A stretch of DNA of 64,000 bases from the NCBI GenBank assembly GCA_964478815.1, contig CAYZKY010000002.1, forward strand, positions 1,980 to 65,979, read 5' to 3'. The notes beneath the pieces were generated by a model. It was not told the DNA's origin. It worked only from the letters and a program-made list of their open reading frames with translations, and did no database searches. This DNA is from an uncultured Verrucomicrobiota bacterium. Its GTDB lineage: Bacteria; Verrucomicrobiota; Verrucomicrobiia; Limisphaerales; SXQI01. Below are positions 28,223 through 38,000 of the stretch, piece by piece (positions within the stretch are counted from its first letter, which is position 1; each line of letters opens with the position of its first letter). A program made the position numbers and the translations under genes.

Positions 28223-29218
28223 TTAGCGAAGAATTAGCAACGCGAAAGCGGCGGCGGCGGCGTTCCAAAGCCAGATGAGGAGGACGGCGTGGGATTTGGA
28301 ATAGCCACGGCGCACCAGCCGGTGAGAGAGATGGTTTGTATCGCCAACATAGACTGGCTTTCCGGCGCGCCAGCGGATCCACATGACGCACACCATATCG
28401 AAGAGCGGCAGGGCGAGGATGAAGAGCGGGCTCAACACCGCCCAGACATGCGGGCTTTCGCGCGAGTAAAAGTTCGGCAGGATGGCGAGGATGGCGCAGA
28501 GATAACCGATCAGATGACTTCCCGCATCCCCAAGGAACGCCTGAGCTTTTGGGAAATTAAAGGGAAGAAAGCCGAGGAGCGCGCCGCAGAATTGGAAGGA
28601 GAAGAGGGCGACCAGGTACTGCCCTTGCACGGCGGCGCTCCAGGCGCAACCCCACGCGGCGATCAGGCCAAGCCCGGCGCAGAGGCCGTTCATGTTGTCC
28701 ATGAAATTGAAGGCGTTGATCAGCGTGAGAATCCACAACACGGTCAGCGCATAGTTCACCAGCGCGTTGTCGATGAAGAGCGTGATCCGAATACCCGAGA
28801 ACGCCACCAGCGCGGCGACGGCGGCCTGCCCGAGGAATTTCGCGCCGGGGTTGAGTTCGTAGCGGTCGTCCAGCCATCCCAGGAGCACCATGCCGAGGGC
28901 GCCGCCGAGGATCGCGGCAATCTGCGCGCCCCGGCGGCTCAAGCCGTAGGAGAGCAGCTCGCGCAAGGTTCCGTCGAAGAGCGGAAGCCCGGCGAACTGG
29001 AGCGCCAGCGCTCCCAGCACGATCGGGAGGAAAAGCCCGGTCACGACGCTCAGCCCCCCCGCCAGCGGGATCGGAGTGTGATGGATCTTGCGATGGCCGG
29101 GATCGTCGACGTGGCCGGTGCGTTCGCAGTAACGACGCCAGAGCGGGAATGTGCCGGCGGCTGCGGCCAGCCCGCCGAGCAACGCCACCAGGTAGAGGTT
29201 GAAAGGGAACCCGATCAT
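28223..29218 (-). CDS. MraY/WecA-family polyprenyl-phosphate sugar-1-phosphate transferase (glycosyltransferase family 4)
   Basis: It has about 10 helices. Motifs present are GWLDDRYELNPGAKF, NAFNFMDNMNGL and FLGDAGSHLIGY. The ATG at 29218 overlaps the upstream stop codon (ATGA). Confidence 0.8.
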   Translation of the reverse strand: MIGFPFNLYLVALLGGLAAAAGTFPLWRRYCERTGHVDDPGHRKIHHTPIPLAGGLSVVTGLFLPIVLGALALQFAGLPLFDGTLRELLSYGLSRRGAQIAAILGGALGMVLLGWLDDRYELNPGAKFLGQAAVAALVAFSGIRITLFIDNALVNYALTVLWILTLINAFNFMDNMNGLCAGLGLIAAWGCAWSAAVQGQYLVALFSFQFCGALLGFLPFNFPKAQAFLGDAGSHLIGYLCAILAILPNFYSRESPHVWAVLSPLFILALPLFDMVCVMWIRWRAGKPVYVGDTNHLSHRLVRRGYSKSHAVLLIWLWNAAAAAFALLILR

Positions 29219-30408
29219 GGCGGCGGGATGGGCAACCCCCGTTGCCGAAGCAGCCTTTCGTAGACCCGCCGTATGTCCTCCACCATGCGCTGGACGGGAA
29301 AGCGCGCCGAGACGAAAGCCCGGCCACGTTCCCCGCACTGGCGGCGGAAGCCCTCTTCCGAGGCCAGCCGCACGATGGCGGCTTCGAGTTGCGCCAGGTC
29401 GCCCGGCGGCACAAGCACGCCGGTCTCGCCCGTCCGGCACACCTCCCCCGCGCCGTCGCAATCGAAGGCCACGACCGGCTTGCCGGCGGCTAGGGCTTGC
29501 GGCAAGGCGCGGGGCAGGCCCTCGCGGCGGGAGAGATGGACGAGGAGATCCATGATGCCGACCAGCGCCGGAATCTCCGTGGGAGGAACGAGGCCGGTGA
29601 AGACGAAGCGATCCGCGAGCCCCAGGCCGGCGGCCATCTCCTTGAAGCGCGTCTCCCACGGACCGCCGCCGACCAGCAGGAACTTGATCTTCGGACAGGC
29701 TTGCACCAGGCGGGGCGCCACGGCAAAGAGATCGTCGTGGCCCTTGAGTTCGAACAGGCGCGCGATCTTGCCGATGACGAGGTCGCCGGGCGCGAGGCCA
29801 TAGTGGCGGCGGAGTTCCGGATCGTTCTTCGCTTCGAGAAACCGCCCGAGGTCGAACCCGCTAAACACCCGCGTGTAGTCGGCGGGCTGGCCGATGCCCG
29901 CCTCGAGGTACTGGCGAGTCATCGCTTCGGCCACGACGATGAAATGGTCGGTGGCCCTTCCTGCGATCCGCTCCGCCGCGCGGAAAATAAAATTCGAAAG
30001 GACCCCTTGCCAGGGGCCGAACGAAGGCCCGTGGATGGTATGCACAACCAGCGGCACCCCGGCATGACGTGCCGCCAGGCGCCCGACGATCCCGGCTTTG
30101 CCGCTGTGCGTATGGACGATGACGGGGTTGGTCTGGGCGAATCGCTTTCTCAGCGCCCGGTAGGCTTGCCAGTCCTGCCACGGCCGGACCGGCCGGACCA
30201 GATCCGGCTCGATCGCCAAGACGCCGGGCCATTTTTGAAAGAGCGGTTCGAGAGTGCCTTCCGGACCGGTCGTGGGGCCGCTGACCAGATCGACTTCCCA
30301 ACCGGGCCAGCCTTGAAAACCGATAACCGACGCGATGGTATTTTCCTGGGCTCCGCCGACGATGAGACGCGTGATGATGTGGGTGACGCGCATCGCCCCG
30401 CCCGTCAC
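29215..30408 (-). CDS. GT-B glycosyltransferase (CAZy GT4-like, glycosyl transferase group 1)
   Basis: RVTHIITRLIVGGAQ is the N-terminal Gly-rich loop. HTHSGKAGIVGR is also present, and the C-terminal segment EGLPRALPQALAAGKPVVAFDCDGAGEV is an E-x7-E type region. The start is either the GTG at 30408 (GTGA overlap with the upstream stop) or the ATG at 30393. Confidence 0.8.
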   Translation of the reverse strand: MTGGAMRVTHIITRLIVGGAQENTIASVIGFQGWPGWEVDLVSGPTTGPEGTLEPLFQKWPGVLAIEPDLVRPVRPWQDWQAYRALRKRFAQTNPVIVHTHSGKAGIVGRLAARHAGVPLVVHTIHGPSFGPWQGVLSNFIFRAAERIAGRATDHFIVVAEAMTRQYLEAGIGQPADYTRVFSGFDLGRFLEAKNDPELRRHYGLAPGDLVIGKIARLFELKGHDDLFAVAPRLVQACPKIKFLLVGGGPWETRFKEMAAGLGLADRFVFTGLVPPTEIPALVGIMDLLVHLSRREGLPRALPQALAAGKPVVAFDCDGAGEVCRTGETGVLVPPGDLAQLEAAIVRLASEEGFRRQCGERGRAFVSARFPVQRMVEDIRRVYERLLRQRGLPIPPP

Positions 30409-33400
30409 TTCAGCTTGGCCTGCATCTCCTCCAGGCGCGCCTGCACCTGCTTCTTTTCCTGTTCGAGCTCGGGAGTGGCCTGGGCGGGCACGTAAGTGAG
30501 ATATTTGCGATAATACCCGACGGCCGCTTCCGCATCCTTTTCCTGGTAGGCGATGTCGCCCAGCCCGTAATAGATGGCGTAGGCCATGGGCATGATCTCT
30601 TGGAGGCGGAGGTAGTCTTCGCGCGCTTCCTTCAGCCGCCCTGCTCGCAAAAAGAGCAACGCTCGATTGCGCAGCGCCGCCAGTTGATCGTCGTCGGCCT
30701 TGAGGACGCGGTCGAAATCGATTTCGGCGCGTTCGTAGTCCTTGAGTTCCATCCGCATGATGCCCCGGTAGGTCAGGGCCTGGGCGTTATCCAGATCGTA
30801 CTGGAGGATGCGGTCGGCGATGGCCACGCCGGCGTCATACTGCTTTTGCTGGAGCGCGATGAACGCTTTGTAAAGGAGCGCGGCCGTCTCGCGCGGCGAG
30901 GCGGTGAGCAGCAGATCCAGCGTTTCGGAGGCCTTGGGCAGGTTGTCCATCGCCATCAACGTCTCGGCCTTCTGCAGGAGCGCGAGGCGGTTGGTGGGAT
31001 TGCGCGACAACTGAGCCTCGATCAGATCGAGAACATTCGTCCAGCGGGCCGACGCCCGGTACAGCTCATAGAGCGATTGATTGACCGAGGGCACCTCAGG
31101 AAACGCGGCTCTGGCCGCGAGCAACGTCTTCTCCGCGTTTCCGAAATCGTCCTTGGCGTAATGCGCGGCGGCCTCGAGGTTGATGAGATCGAGCTGGTTC
31201 GTGACCGGAAGGTGGCCCAGCTCGGCTCGAATTTTGCGAATTTCCTCAAATCCGCGGTCGACCCAGTTGCCGTAAACATAGCCTTTGGCGATCCCGAGCC
31301 GGGCCACGAAATTGGTCGGCTCGAACCGGGTCACCTGCGTGAATTGCTGAATCGCCTGACGGAAGAGGGACTGGGTAATGAAAAGATTGCCCAGCCATTC
31401 GCAGAATTGGGGCTGGTCGAACGGGCCGTGCGCGGAGAGCAGCGAATCGATCGAGCCAAGCTGGCCGAACTGATCTTCCAGTTCCTTCGGGCCGATCTGC
31501 TGGCGCGGCCGGCCCGCCTGAAGATCGGCGTTGAACTTCCCGTTCAGATAGGCGGGCGCGTTGTTGGTGTTGAATTCGAACGCCCGCTGGAATAACTCCG
31601 CGGCCCCCTTCAGATTGCCCTGCTGCTGGACCTGCACGCCCCAGGTGTTGAAGGCGCGCGCGAAGTAATTGGCCACGTAGGTCCCGTCGATCACGCCGCG
31701 CCGGCCCGCCGCCCGGGCTTGATGGGCGTAATCGGGTGCGGCCGCCCATTTGGCCGTGTTGGCTTGAATCTGCTCCGGCGTCAGCGGCGGCGGGAGCACC
31801 TGATTCGTCGCATACAGATTGAGCGAGTAGATGTTCCCCTGCGGCACGGCATACATTTTTTCGAAGAAGTAGCCGAAGCTCGGCTGCAGGTAATACACGG
31901 AGTTGGAGGCGGCGAGGTTTGCCACCATCTGTTGCAGGATGACCTGCTCGACGCGCGTATTGCCTTGATCCTCGCTGATGACCACCGGCCAGCGCGTGCC
32001 GTAGTGCTGCGAGAGTTGCTGGTGGTAGCCGGGCAATTCCAGGGAACGGGTATTGACGAGCACGTACTCGTGCTTTTGCCCGGCGGTGCGGTGATACCCT
32101 TCGAGCAGGAGAATCTGCACGGGATCTTCGCTCAGAAGGTAGGCCGAGCGGGCCGGCAATTCCTTCGCGATATCCGCCGCCAGCGATTTGAGCAGATGGC
32201 CGTTCTGCGCGCGGATGGTTCCAAAATTCTGATAAGCCAGAGCCGCCGGCACGGCGGCCAAGGCCAGCAAGACGACGCCGCGCACGAGCGGATTGACCAG
32301 CCGCATCACATCGGCCTGGCGGCGGTAAGATTTTTTGGGTGGATCGGTGAAGGTGAGCAGCGCGTACCCGCTGTAGTAGCCGATGGCCAGCGCCCCCAGG
32401 TAGTAGAAGCTCAAGAACGGCAGGCCAAAGCCCAGCGCCCGCGGGCTGAACTTGGGATCGAAAACGACGAACAAACAGGCCGCGAGGAAGAAGAGATGCA
32501 CCACCCGGAACATGATGATGGTGATGTTCGCGCCGGCGGCGCTGGTATCGCCGAAGCTCGAAGGCCACCGTATCCCGATCAGCAGGATCGGCAGCAACGA
32601 GGTGATCGAGAGAATCGCCGCGCGATTGCGCAGGGGCGGAGTATCGAGCAGGAATTGCTTTTGCGCCGCCAGGTTGGCCCGGAGCACTTCGATAATCCCA
32701 AACTCCGCCTGGCCGGAAAGCACCCACCAGATCGGCAGGAAAAGGTAAAGCAGCAAACCCGCCACGCCCGCGCCGAGCATTCGGCCGATAAAGCCGAGGT
32801 GGAAAAACGCGCGCCCCCGCACCCAGACCAGGGCGATCAGCATCGCGGGGAAAAACCCGATGAAGCACCAGTCGTTGGTGACGGCGAGGCCGTAGACGAA
32901 CGCCATCCGCGTGAGCCAGGATTCGCGCTGCGAGACGCGGAATTCGAGCAGACAGCGAATCACGTAGGCAAAGAGCAGAATGTTAAGGCTCTCGCCCGTC
33001 AGCGCCGTGGCATGTTCCCAAAAAGTTAATTGAAGCCCGCAAACAAGCACCGCCAGGGCGGGAGGCACCCAGGCCAGCGGGATGGACAGGAGCGAGAATT
33101 CGCTCCGTTCGCGGATGCGCTGTTCATGAGTGCGGTCGTGCGGCAGGAGCATGACCGACCGCGCGAGCAATCCGAGAGCCACGGCTCCGCAAGCCGCGCT
33201 GAAAAGATTGAAGGCGATCGGCTGCAGGCCGGATGGGAGCAGCCGCAGCGGAGCCGTCACCAGGAAGAACAGCGGCCATTGCACCGGCAAGGCCCAGTCC
33301 CAGCCCGCCACCTTCGACACGACCAGCAGGCTGCGCAGGTTCACCCACTGGTTCAGCGAAATGGCGAATAGCGCCAGCATTACCCCGGCCAGAACCCAAG

Positions 33401-33446
33401 GCAGTTTCGAACGGACAAAACCCCGTGGGGTTCCTGCAGTCTCCAT
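30405..33446 (-). CDS. DUF2723/TMEM260-like polytopic membrane protein (GT-C-like) with a long C-terminal TPR region
   Basis: The N-terminal 430 aa or so contain about 11 helices, with the pattern I associate with DUF2723 (LNILLFAYVIRCLLEF, FVYGLAVTNDW). The C-terminal 450 aa or so carry repeated TPR-like 34-mers (e.g. AIYYGLGDIAYQEKDAEAAVGYYRKYL). Confidence 0.7.
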   Translation of the reverse strand: METAGTPRGFVRSKLPWVLAGVMLALFAISLNQWVNLRSLLVVSKVAGWDWALPVQWPLFFLVTAPLRLLPSGLQPIAFNLFSAACGAVALGLLARSVMLLPHDRTHEQRIRERSEFSLLSIPLAWVPPALAVLVCGLQLTFWEHATALTGESLNILLFAYVIRCLLEFRVSQRESWLTRMAFVYGLAVTNDWCFIGFFPAMLIALVWVRGRAFFHLGFIGRMLGAGVAGLLLYLFLPIWWVLSGQAEFGIIEVLRANLAAQKQFLLDTPPLRNRAAILSITSLLPILLIGIRWPSSFGDTSAAGANITIIMFRVVHLFFLAACLFVVFDPKFSPRALGFGLPFLSFYYLGALAIGYYSGYALLTFTDPPKKSYRRQADVMRLVNPLVRGVVLLALAAVPAALAYQNFGTIRAQNGHLLKSLAADIAKELPARSAYLLSEDPVQILLLEGYHRTAGQKHEYVLVNTRSLELPGYHQQLSQHYGTRWPVVISEDQGNTRVEQVILQQMVANLAASNSVYYLQPSFGYFFEKMYAVPQGNIYSLNLYATNQVLPPPLTPEQIQANTAKWAAAPDYAHQARAAGRRGVIDGTYVANYFARAFNTWGVQVQQQGNLKGAAELFQRAFEFNTNNAPAYLNGKFNADLQAGRPRQQIGPKELEDQFGQLGSIDSLLSAHGPFDQPQFCEWLGNLFITQSLFRQAIQQFTQVTRFEPTNFVARLGIAKGYVYGNWVDRGFEEIRKIRAELGHLPVTNQLDLINLEAAAHYAKDDFGNAEKTLLAARAAFPEVPSVNQSLYELYRASARWTNVLDLIEAQLSRNPTNRLALLQKAETLMAMDNLPKASETLDLLLTASPRETAALLYKAFIALQQKQYDAGVAIADRILQYDLDNAQALTYRGIMRMELKDYERAEIDFDRVLKADDDQLAALRNRALLFLRAGRLKEAREDYLRLQEIMPMAYAIYYGLGDIAYQEKDAEAAVGYYRKYLTYVPAQATPELEQEKKQVQARLEEMQAKLK

Positions 33447-33936
33447 AATTAGATGGAATCAGTTGAAACCATCGCCCCTGCTCTTGGCAAGCTCTTTGGC
33501 CGCGCCGATGCGCCCCTGCTGCCTGTGCGCCCGAATTTCCTCGGTGTGATTAAACGTGCCGGTCAGCCCCCGCGTGCCGGTCGGTGCCCTGGCCGGACGA
33601 CCCCGCCTGCCTGCCACTCCCTCGTCTGCCGACCGGCAGTGATAACCACCGCTCTCCGCCCGCATCCTGCTTGCGCAAAGGCACATCGCATGCGACCTTA
33701 CTTACATGACTGCGAACCTGTTTTCGTGGTCACCCGGTCCGTGCCGTAACATCAGCCTCGATGCCTTCGAGCTTCATGTTCCGCCTCGCCCACCGGGTGC
33801 CACGCTCCTCTCCACTGTACCCTCACTCTGCCCGCCCATCGCCGGCGCTTTCCGCTGCCCCCTCTCGGCTTTTCCCACCCCGTTTCCTCTCCACGACCGC
33901 CAGTTTGCTCGAGTCGGAGCCGCCTGGGAGACGCTG

Positions 33937-34023
33937 ATTTACACAGCACTTACACAGCACTTACACAGCGATTTACACAGTGCTTGCCCCCGATTTACAC
34001 AGCAAAATGTTGCATTTACACAG
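33937..34023 (+). repeat. Array of six direct A(T/C)TTACACAG repeats phased at 11-12 bp
   Basis: TTACACAG starts at 33939, 33950, 33961, 33973, 33995 and 34016, giving spacings of 11, 11, 12, 22 and 21 bp. The array lies in the 793-bp divergent intergenic region between the starts at 33446 (-) and 34240 (+). Confidence 0.85.
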
Positions 34024-34239
34024 TGGTTTTCCGTCTGCTTTCTCGCTTAAATCCCTCCCCATCAACTCGATGCGCGCTTTTGGCCTCCCACCCCGCTTTT
34101 TTCTCAACCTTAACGCGCCCTCCGGCCGCTCCCGCGCTGGCCTGGACGGCCCGCCAAGGCCGCGATTCTGACCGGCAGTTTCCATCGCGCCCGAATTTCC
34201 CTTGCCGTTCGCCGCGAGATCAGGGCATCTTCGAGCATC

Positions 34240-34986
34240 ATGAAAACCCGATCCAGCGGCGGCCGCGTCATGGTTGGAAGACAGGCCGGCCGGGCCTTCC
34301 GTTCGAAAGCAGGGGGCTTTACGCTCATCGAATTGTTGGTGGTGATCGCGATCATCGCCATCCTGGCGGGGATGCTGGTGCCGGCGCTCGTGGGCGGGAA
34401 AGTGGCGGTGCGGAAGAGTTTGTGCCTGAGCAACCAGCGGCAAATCGCCCTGGCCACGCAAATGTATGCCGACGATTTCAACGGCAACTTTCCGAAAGCG
34501 ACCAACGAAGACCACACCATGTGGATTACGCGCATGCTCAAAACCCGCCATTTCTCGACGTTGAAGATTTTCGAGGATCCCGCCGAGAAGGAGGGCGGCA
34601 CGGATTTCACCAAGCTGCGCACCTTCCCGATCACTATCGACGGGCGGCGCACGAACTTCATCGGATCGTACGGCATCAATGAACGGCTGGCGGGCCCGAA
34701 CGGAATTCTGATGCCGACCTACCAGTCCGTAAAAGAGCCGGTCACGCTCTATTACTTCGGGTGCGCCACCTATTTCATCGTCCCGGACTGGGATCACGAA
34801 CGCGTTTACAATGCCGGCGGACCGCAGCCCATCGGCGCGACCGCCAACCCTCCCCGCCGCAAATATGCACGGCACGGCTCGGGGGCCGGATCGAAGCCAG
34901 GCAGCGTCATAGCCTACGTGGACGGCCACGCAAAATTCGAGGATCAAGTCTTCATCCAAAAGCGGTTGCGCTGGACTCAAGATTAA
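34240..34986 (+). CDS. Type II secretion/type IV pilin-like pseudopilin (prepilin N-terminal methylation motif, DUF1559-like body)
   Basis: The cleavage/methylation motif is GGFTLIELLVVIAIIAILAGMLVPAL. The C-terminal segment RHGSGAGSKPGSVIAYVDGHAKF resembles the H-Xn-DG motif of DUF1559 proteins. Confidence 0.8.
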   Translation: MKTRSSGGRVMVGRQAGRAFRSKAGGFTLIELLVVIAIIAILAGMLVPALVGGKVAVRKSLCLSNQRQIALATQMYADDFNGNFPKATNEDHTMWITRMLKTRHFSTLKIFEDPAEKEGGTDFTKLRTFPITIDGRRTNFIGSYGINERLAGPNGILMPTYQSVKEPVTLYYFGCATYFIVPDWDHERVYNAGGPQPIGATANPPRRKYARHGSGAGSKPGSVIAYVDGHAKFEDQVFIQKRLRWTQD

Positions 34987-35011
34987 AGCACACCGCGACG
35001 GATCTCACCCG

Positions 35012-38000
35012 CTACGGCGCCATTGATTCCGGGTGCCGCACGACCAATTCCCGAGCCCCGTCGGGCACCGGCGTTTCAGTGGTTTGGCCACCCGGCCACT
35101 TCACCGCAACGGAAGCGGGCGTTTCGGGAGAGGCCAGCACCACGACCGCGCTGTCTTGAGACATGAACCCGGAACCGGCCGCGGTCGCGCGCGCCGGGCC
35201 GATTCCCTGGCCCGAACGAAGCCGCACGACGGCGCCGAGGCCAGCGGCATTCCAGGGAGGTCCGGCGAGGCGAACGCGCAAACCCGGCCGGGCCGTCCGA
35301 TTCTGATAAAGCTTCGTTTCGGCGCCGTTCTGCCCCACGGCCAGATCCGTCCGGCCATCGCCATCGAAATCGGCCGCCGCCGAGCCGCGCTGTTCGCCGT
35401 AGACCGCGAGGCCGCTGAGCGCGCCGTCGACCGGCTCGAAATCGCCGGTTCCCTTCCCTCGCAAGAGCAGGCCACGGCCCGCATCGAGCCGCGGCAAGTC
35501 CGGCCGCGTCGCCGAAAAATTCTGGGCCAGAAAAATGTCCTCTCGGCTATCGCCGTCGAAATCTGCCACGGTCACGCCAAACACCGGCGCCATCTGCGCC
35601 GCGGCGGGAAGCGGACGGGGCTCGAAATTTCCGCTACGGTTGAGAAAAACCGTCGCCGCGAGCGTGGTGCAACGGACTTCGCGAAATTCGGCCATCCGCG
35701 CGCCGAACACGTCCTGTAAGGGCTTCTCGGAAAGCGCGCGGTAACCGGCGAAATTCTGCGCCAGGAAAGGGAAGGAATTGACGAGCGAGTCCATCATCCG
35801 CGCGGGGTAAAGCCGGTGGTTCTGCCAGACGGTTTCGACCAGATCGAGAGCCGCGACCCCCGCCTCCCCGCGATAAAGCAGCAGCAAAGGTTCCTCCGCC
35901 GTGGCCCGCCACGGGCTGTTCCATCCCCAGTTTCCAGCCACCAGATCGAGCCGGCCATCGCCGTCGAAATCCCCCGCGGCGATTCCGCTCCACAGGCCAC
36001 GATGCGGACCGAAGCCCAGCGCTTCCGTGATTTCCTCCGCCCGCCCGCCCGCCAGACGAAAGACCCGAATGGGACTCCATTCGGAGGAAACCACCAGTTC
36101 AGGCCGACCATCGCCATCGAGATCCGCCCAGATCGCGCCCGCCACGTTGCCGAGCGAACGCCAGAGATCCGCGCCGGTGGGATCGGGTTCGAATCGGCTG
36201 CCGTTCCAGTGGAAGAGCCGGGACGATCCGGCCCGCGGATATTGAGCCGGAAGATAGCCGCCACCCACAAAAAGGAGCAACCGGCGCGGCTCGACTTCGG
36301 CCAGAGCGAGCGCGCCGAGGCTCGTCTCCGTGGCAGGCACGGCGTCCTCGATTTTCTCGCGCTTCAAATCGAGCAGCCGCACCGCCGCGCCGCGCGCCTG
36401 CGCATCTTCGTAATTGGACAGCCCCGCTAGAAGCAGCGTGCGATTCTGCATCGGCCAGGCCAGCAAGCCGCCCGAGTCGCGGGTGAGGTTCGTCGCAAGA
36501 ATCCCGTTGGTGGCCGGACGGAAAGCTCGACCGCTCCCTTCATTCAGCAGCAGCGCCCATCGGCCTCCCTTGCCCGATCCAATCGCCAGATCGTCGTCGC
36601 CATCGGCATTGAAATCGCCCCACGTCACGCCCGGGCCCTGCTGGCTCAAGCGCCGCGGCAAATGCGCCTGGCGGGCGAAATCGTCGAACGCCGTTTCGAA
36701 ATGGCGATGGGCGAGACGCGACGAAACATCCTCGAACCACGGCGCCGGTACCGGCAGAACCGGGCGCGGGCTGGCCAACGGCGCGGACGATTCATCGATG
36801 GTGTAAAGGCGATTGGCCAACAGGCCTTCCACCCGGGTCAACCCTCCGCTGCGCCAGCGTATTTCCAGAACCATCGGTTGCGCCGAAGCGGCAAAGACGG
36901 CCAGCGGATCGCTCCCCGAGAGATACCGGCCTCCGCTGGAGATTTCGTGCGATTGCACCGAGGCCGGGCCGCCCCGCAAGGTCAACCGCGCCCCGATGGC
37001 CTGGGTGTTGAAAGCCCGTCCGCGAAGCCGGATCGCGAGGCGTGGCCGGTCGCTGTCATTGCGATAGATTCCGGCCGCATCGTTCAAATTGTTGGCCACG
37101 AGATCCAAATCTCCGTCGCCATCCAGGTCCGCCGCGGCCAGGCCGTGATGGACGCCATTCTGCGCGGTGCCCCAACGCGCGGTGACGTCCTCGAAGGTGA
37201 GATCGCCGCGATTGCGAAAGGCTACGATGGGCGAGCGGCCTTCGGGATAGAGTCGCAAGTTTTCCATCAGTTGCTGGGTGAAGGCTTTCTGGCGTTCGGC
37301 AACCGAAGCAAATCCATCGAGCGAACGCTGGCGCGTGCGCACCAGCCCCTGCGTATCGAGATCCTGCACATCCTTGAAATGTCCCGAACTGATCAGGAGG
37401 TCCAAGTGACCATCCAGGTCCACATCGAGAAAGACGGGCGACCAGGACCATTCCGAAGCCGCCAGCCCGGCGAAATTCGCCAGCTCGGCGAACGTGCCAT
37501 CGCCCCGATTGTGGTACAGCGTATTCCGCATGATCTGGAGCCGCGTCTCCACCGCCCCGGGTGGCTGCTCCATCGGCTTTTGGGCCAGCACCTGGCGATT
37601 GCGGAGCCGCACATCGCGGCTCAGCATGTCCAGCACCACGATCTCGTCGCGGCCGTCTTGATCCAAATCGGCGAAATCGACCCCCATCGAACTCGCGCTG
37701 ATCGAACGGAACTCCAGGTTCGAGGCGGCTCGAAACCGGCCCTTCCCGTCGTTGAACCAGATGCGGTCGGGCGTCCAGTAGTCGTTGCACACGTAGAGGT
37801 CCGGCGCGCCATCGCCGTTCAGATCCCGAAACGCGGCGGATAAAGCCCAATCGAGCGGCGGCCCCGGCAGCGGCTGGCCGCGCTCGTCGAGAAACGTCCC
37901 GCGCTGCCACGGCTGCGGGACGAATCGGCCGGGCCCCTGGTTCAGATAGAGGACATCCGGTTCGCCGAATTCGAGCAGGCCACCGTTGTCCGTCAGCAGC

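Noticed and set aside
33937-34023. A CRISPR array interpretation of the ATTTACAC arrays (also the array at 48764-48895)
   Set aside because: The period is only 10-12 bp with no unique spacers, the repeats are 8-9 bp long and no cas genes are present.
33706-34050. A 114-aa ORF spanning the 33.9-kb repeat array, and the analogous 240-aa ORF at 48412-49134
   Set aside because: Their peptide repeats (IYTALTQHLHS, HAFTHPFTQIYTLFTH) are simply translations of the 10-12 bp DNA repeats, and the period is not a multiple of three. There is no start context and no domains.
33527-34200. An identical 14-mer, GCGCCCGAATTTCC, at 33527-33540 and 34187-34200, flanking the repeat array
   Set aside because: Several exact 14-mer coincidences are expected by chance in 64 kb of biased composition, and there is no extended similarity around them.
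33447-34239. Calling this intergenic region the chromosomal replication origin on the basis of DnaA-box-like 9-mers
   Set aside because: There is no dnaA or dnaN nearby, no strongly AT-rich unwinding element and no clean switch in gene orientation. A second similar array lies 15 kb away. I kept the idea only as one hypothesis in the findings.
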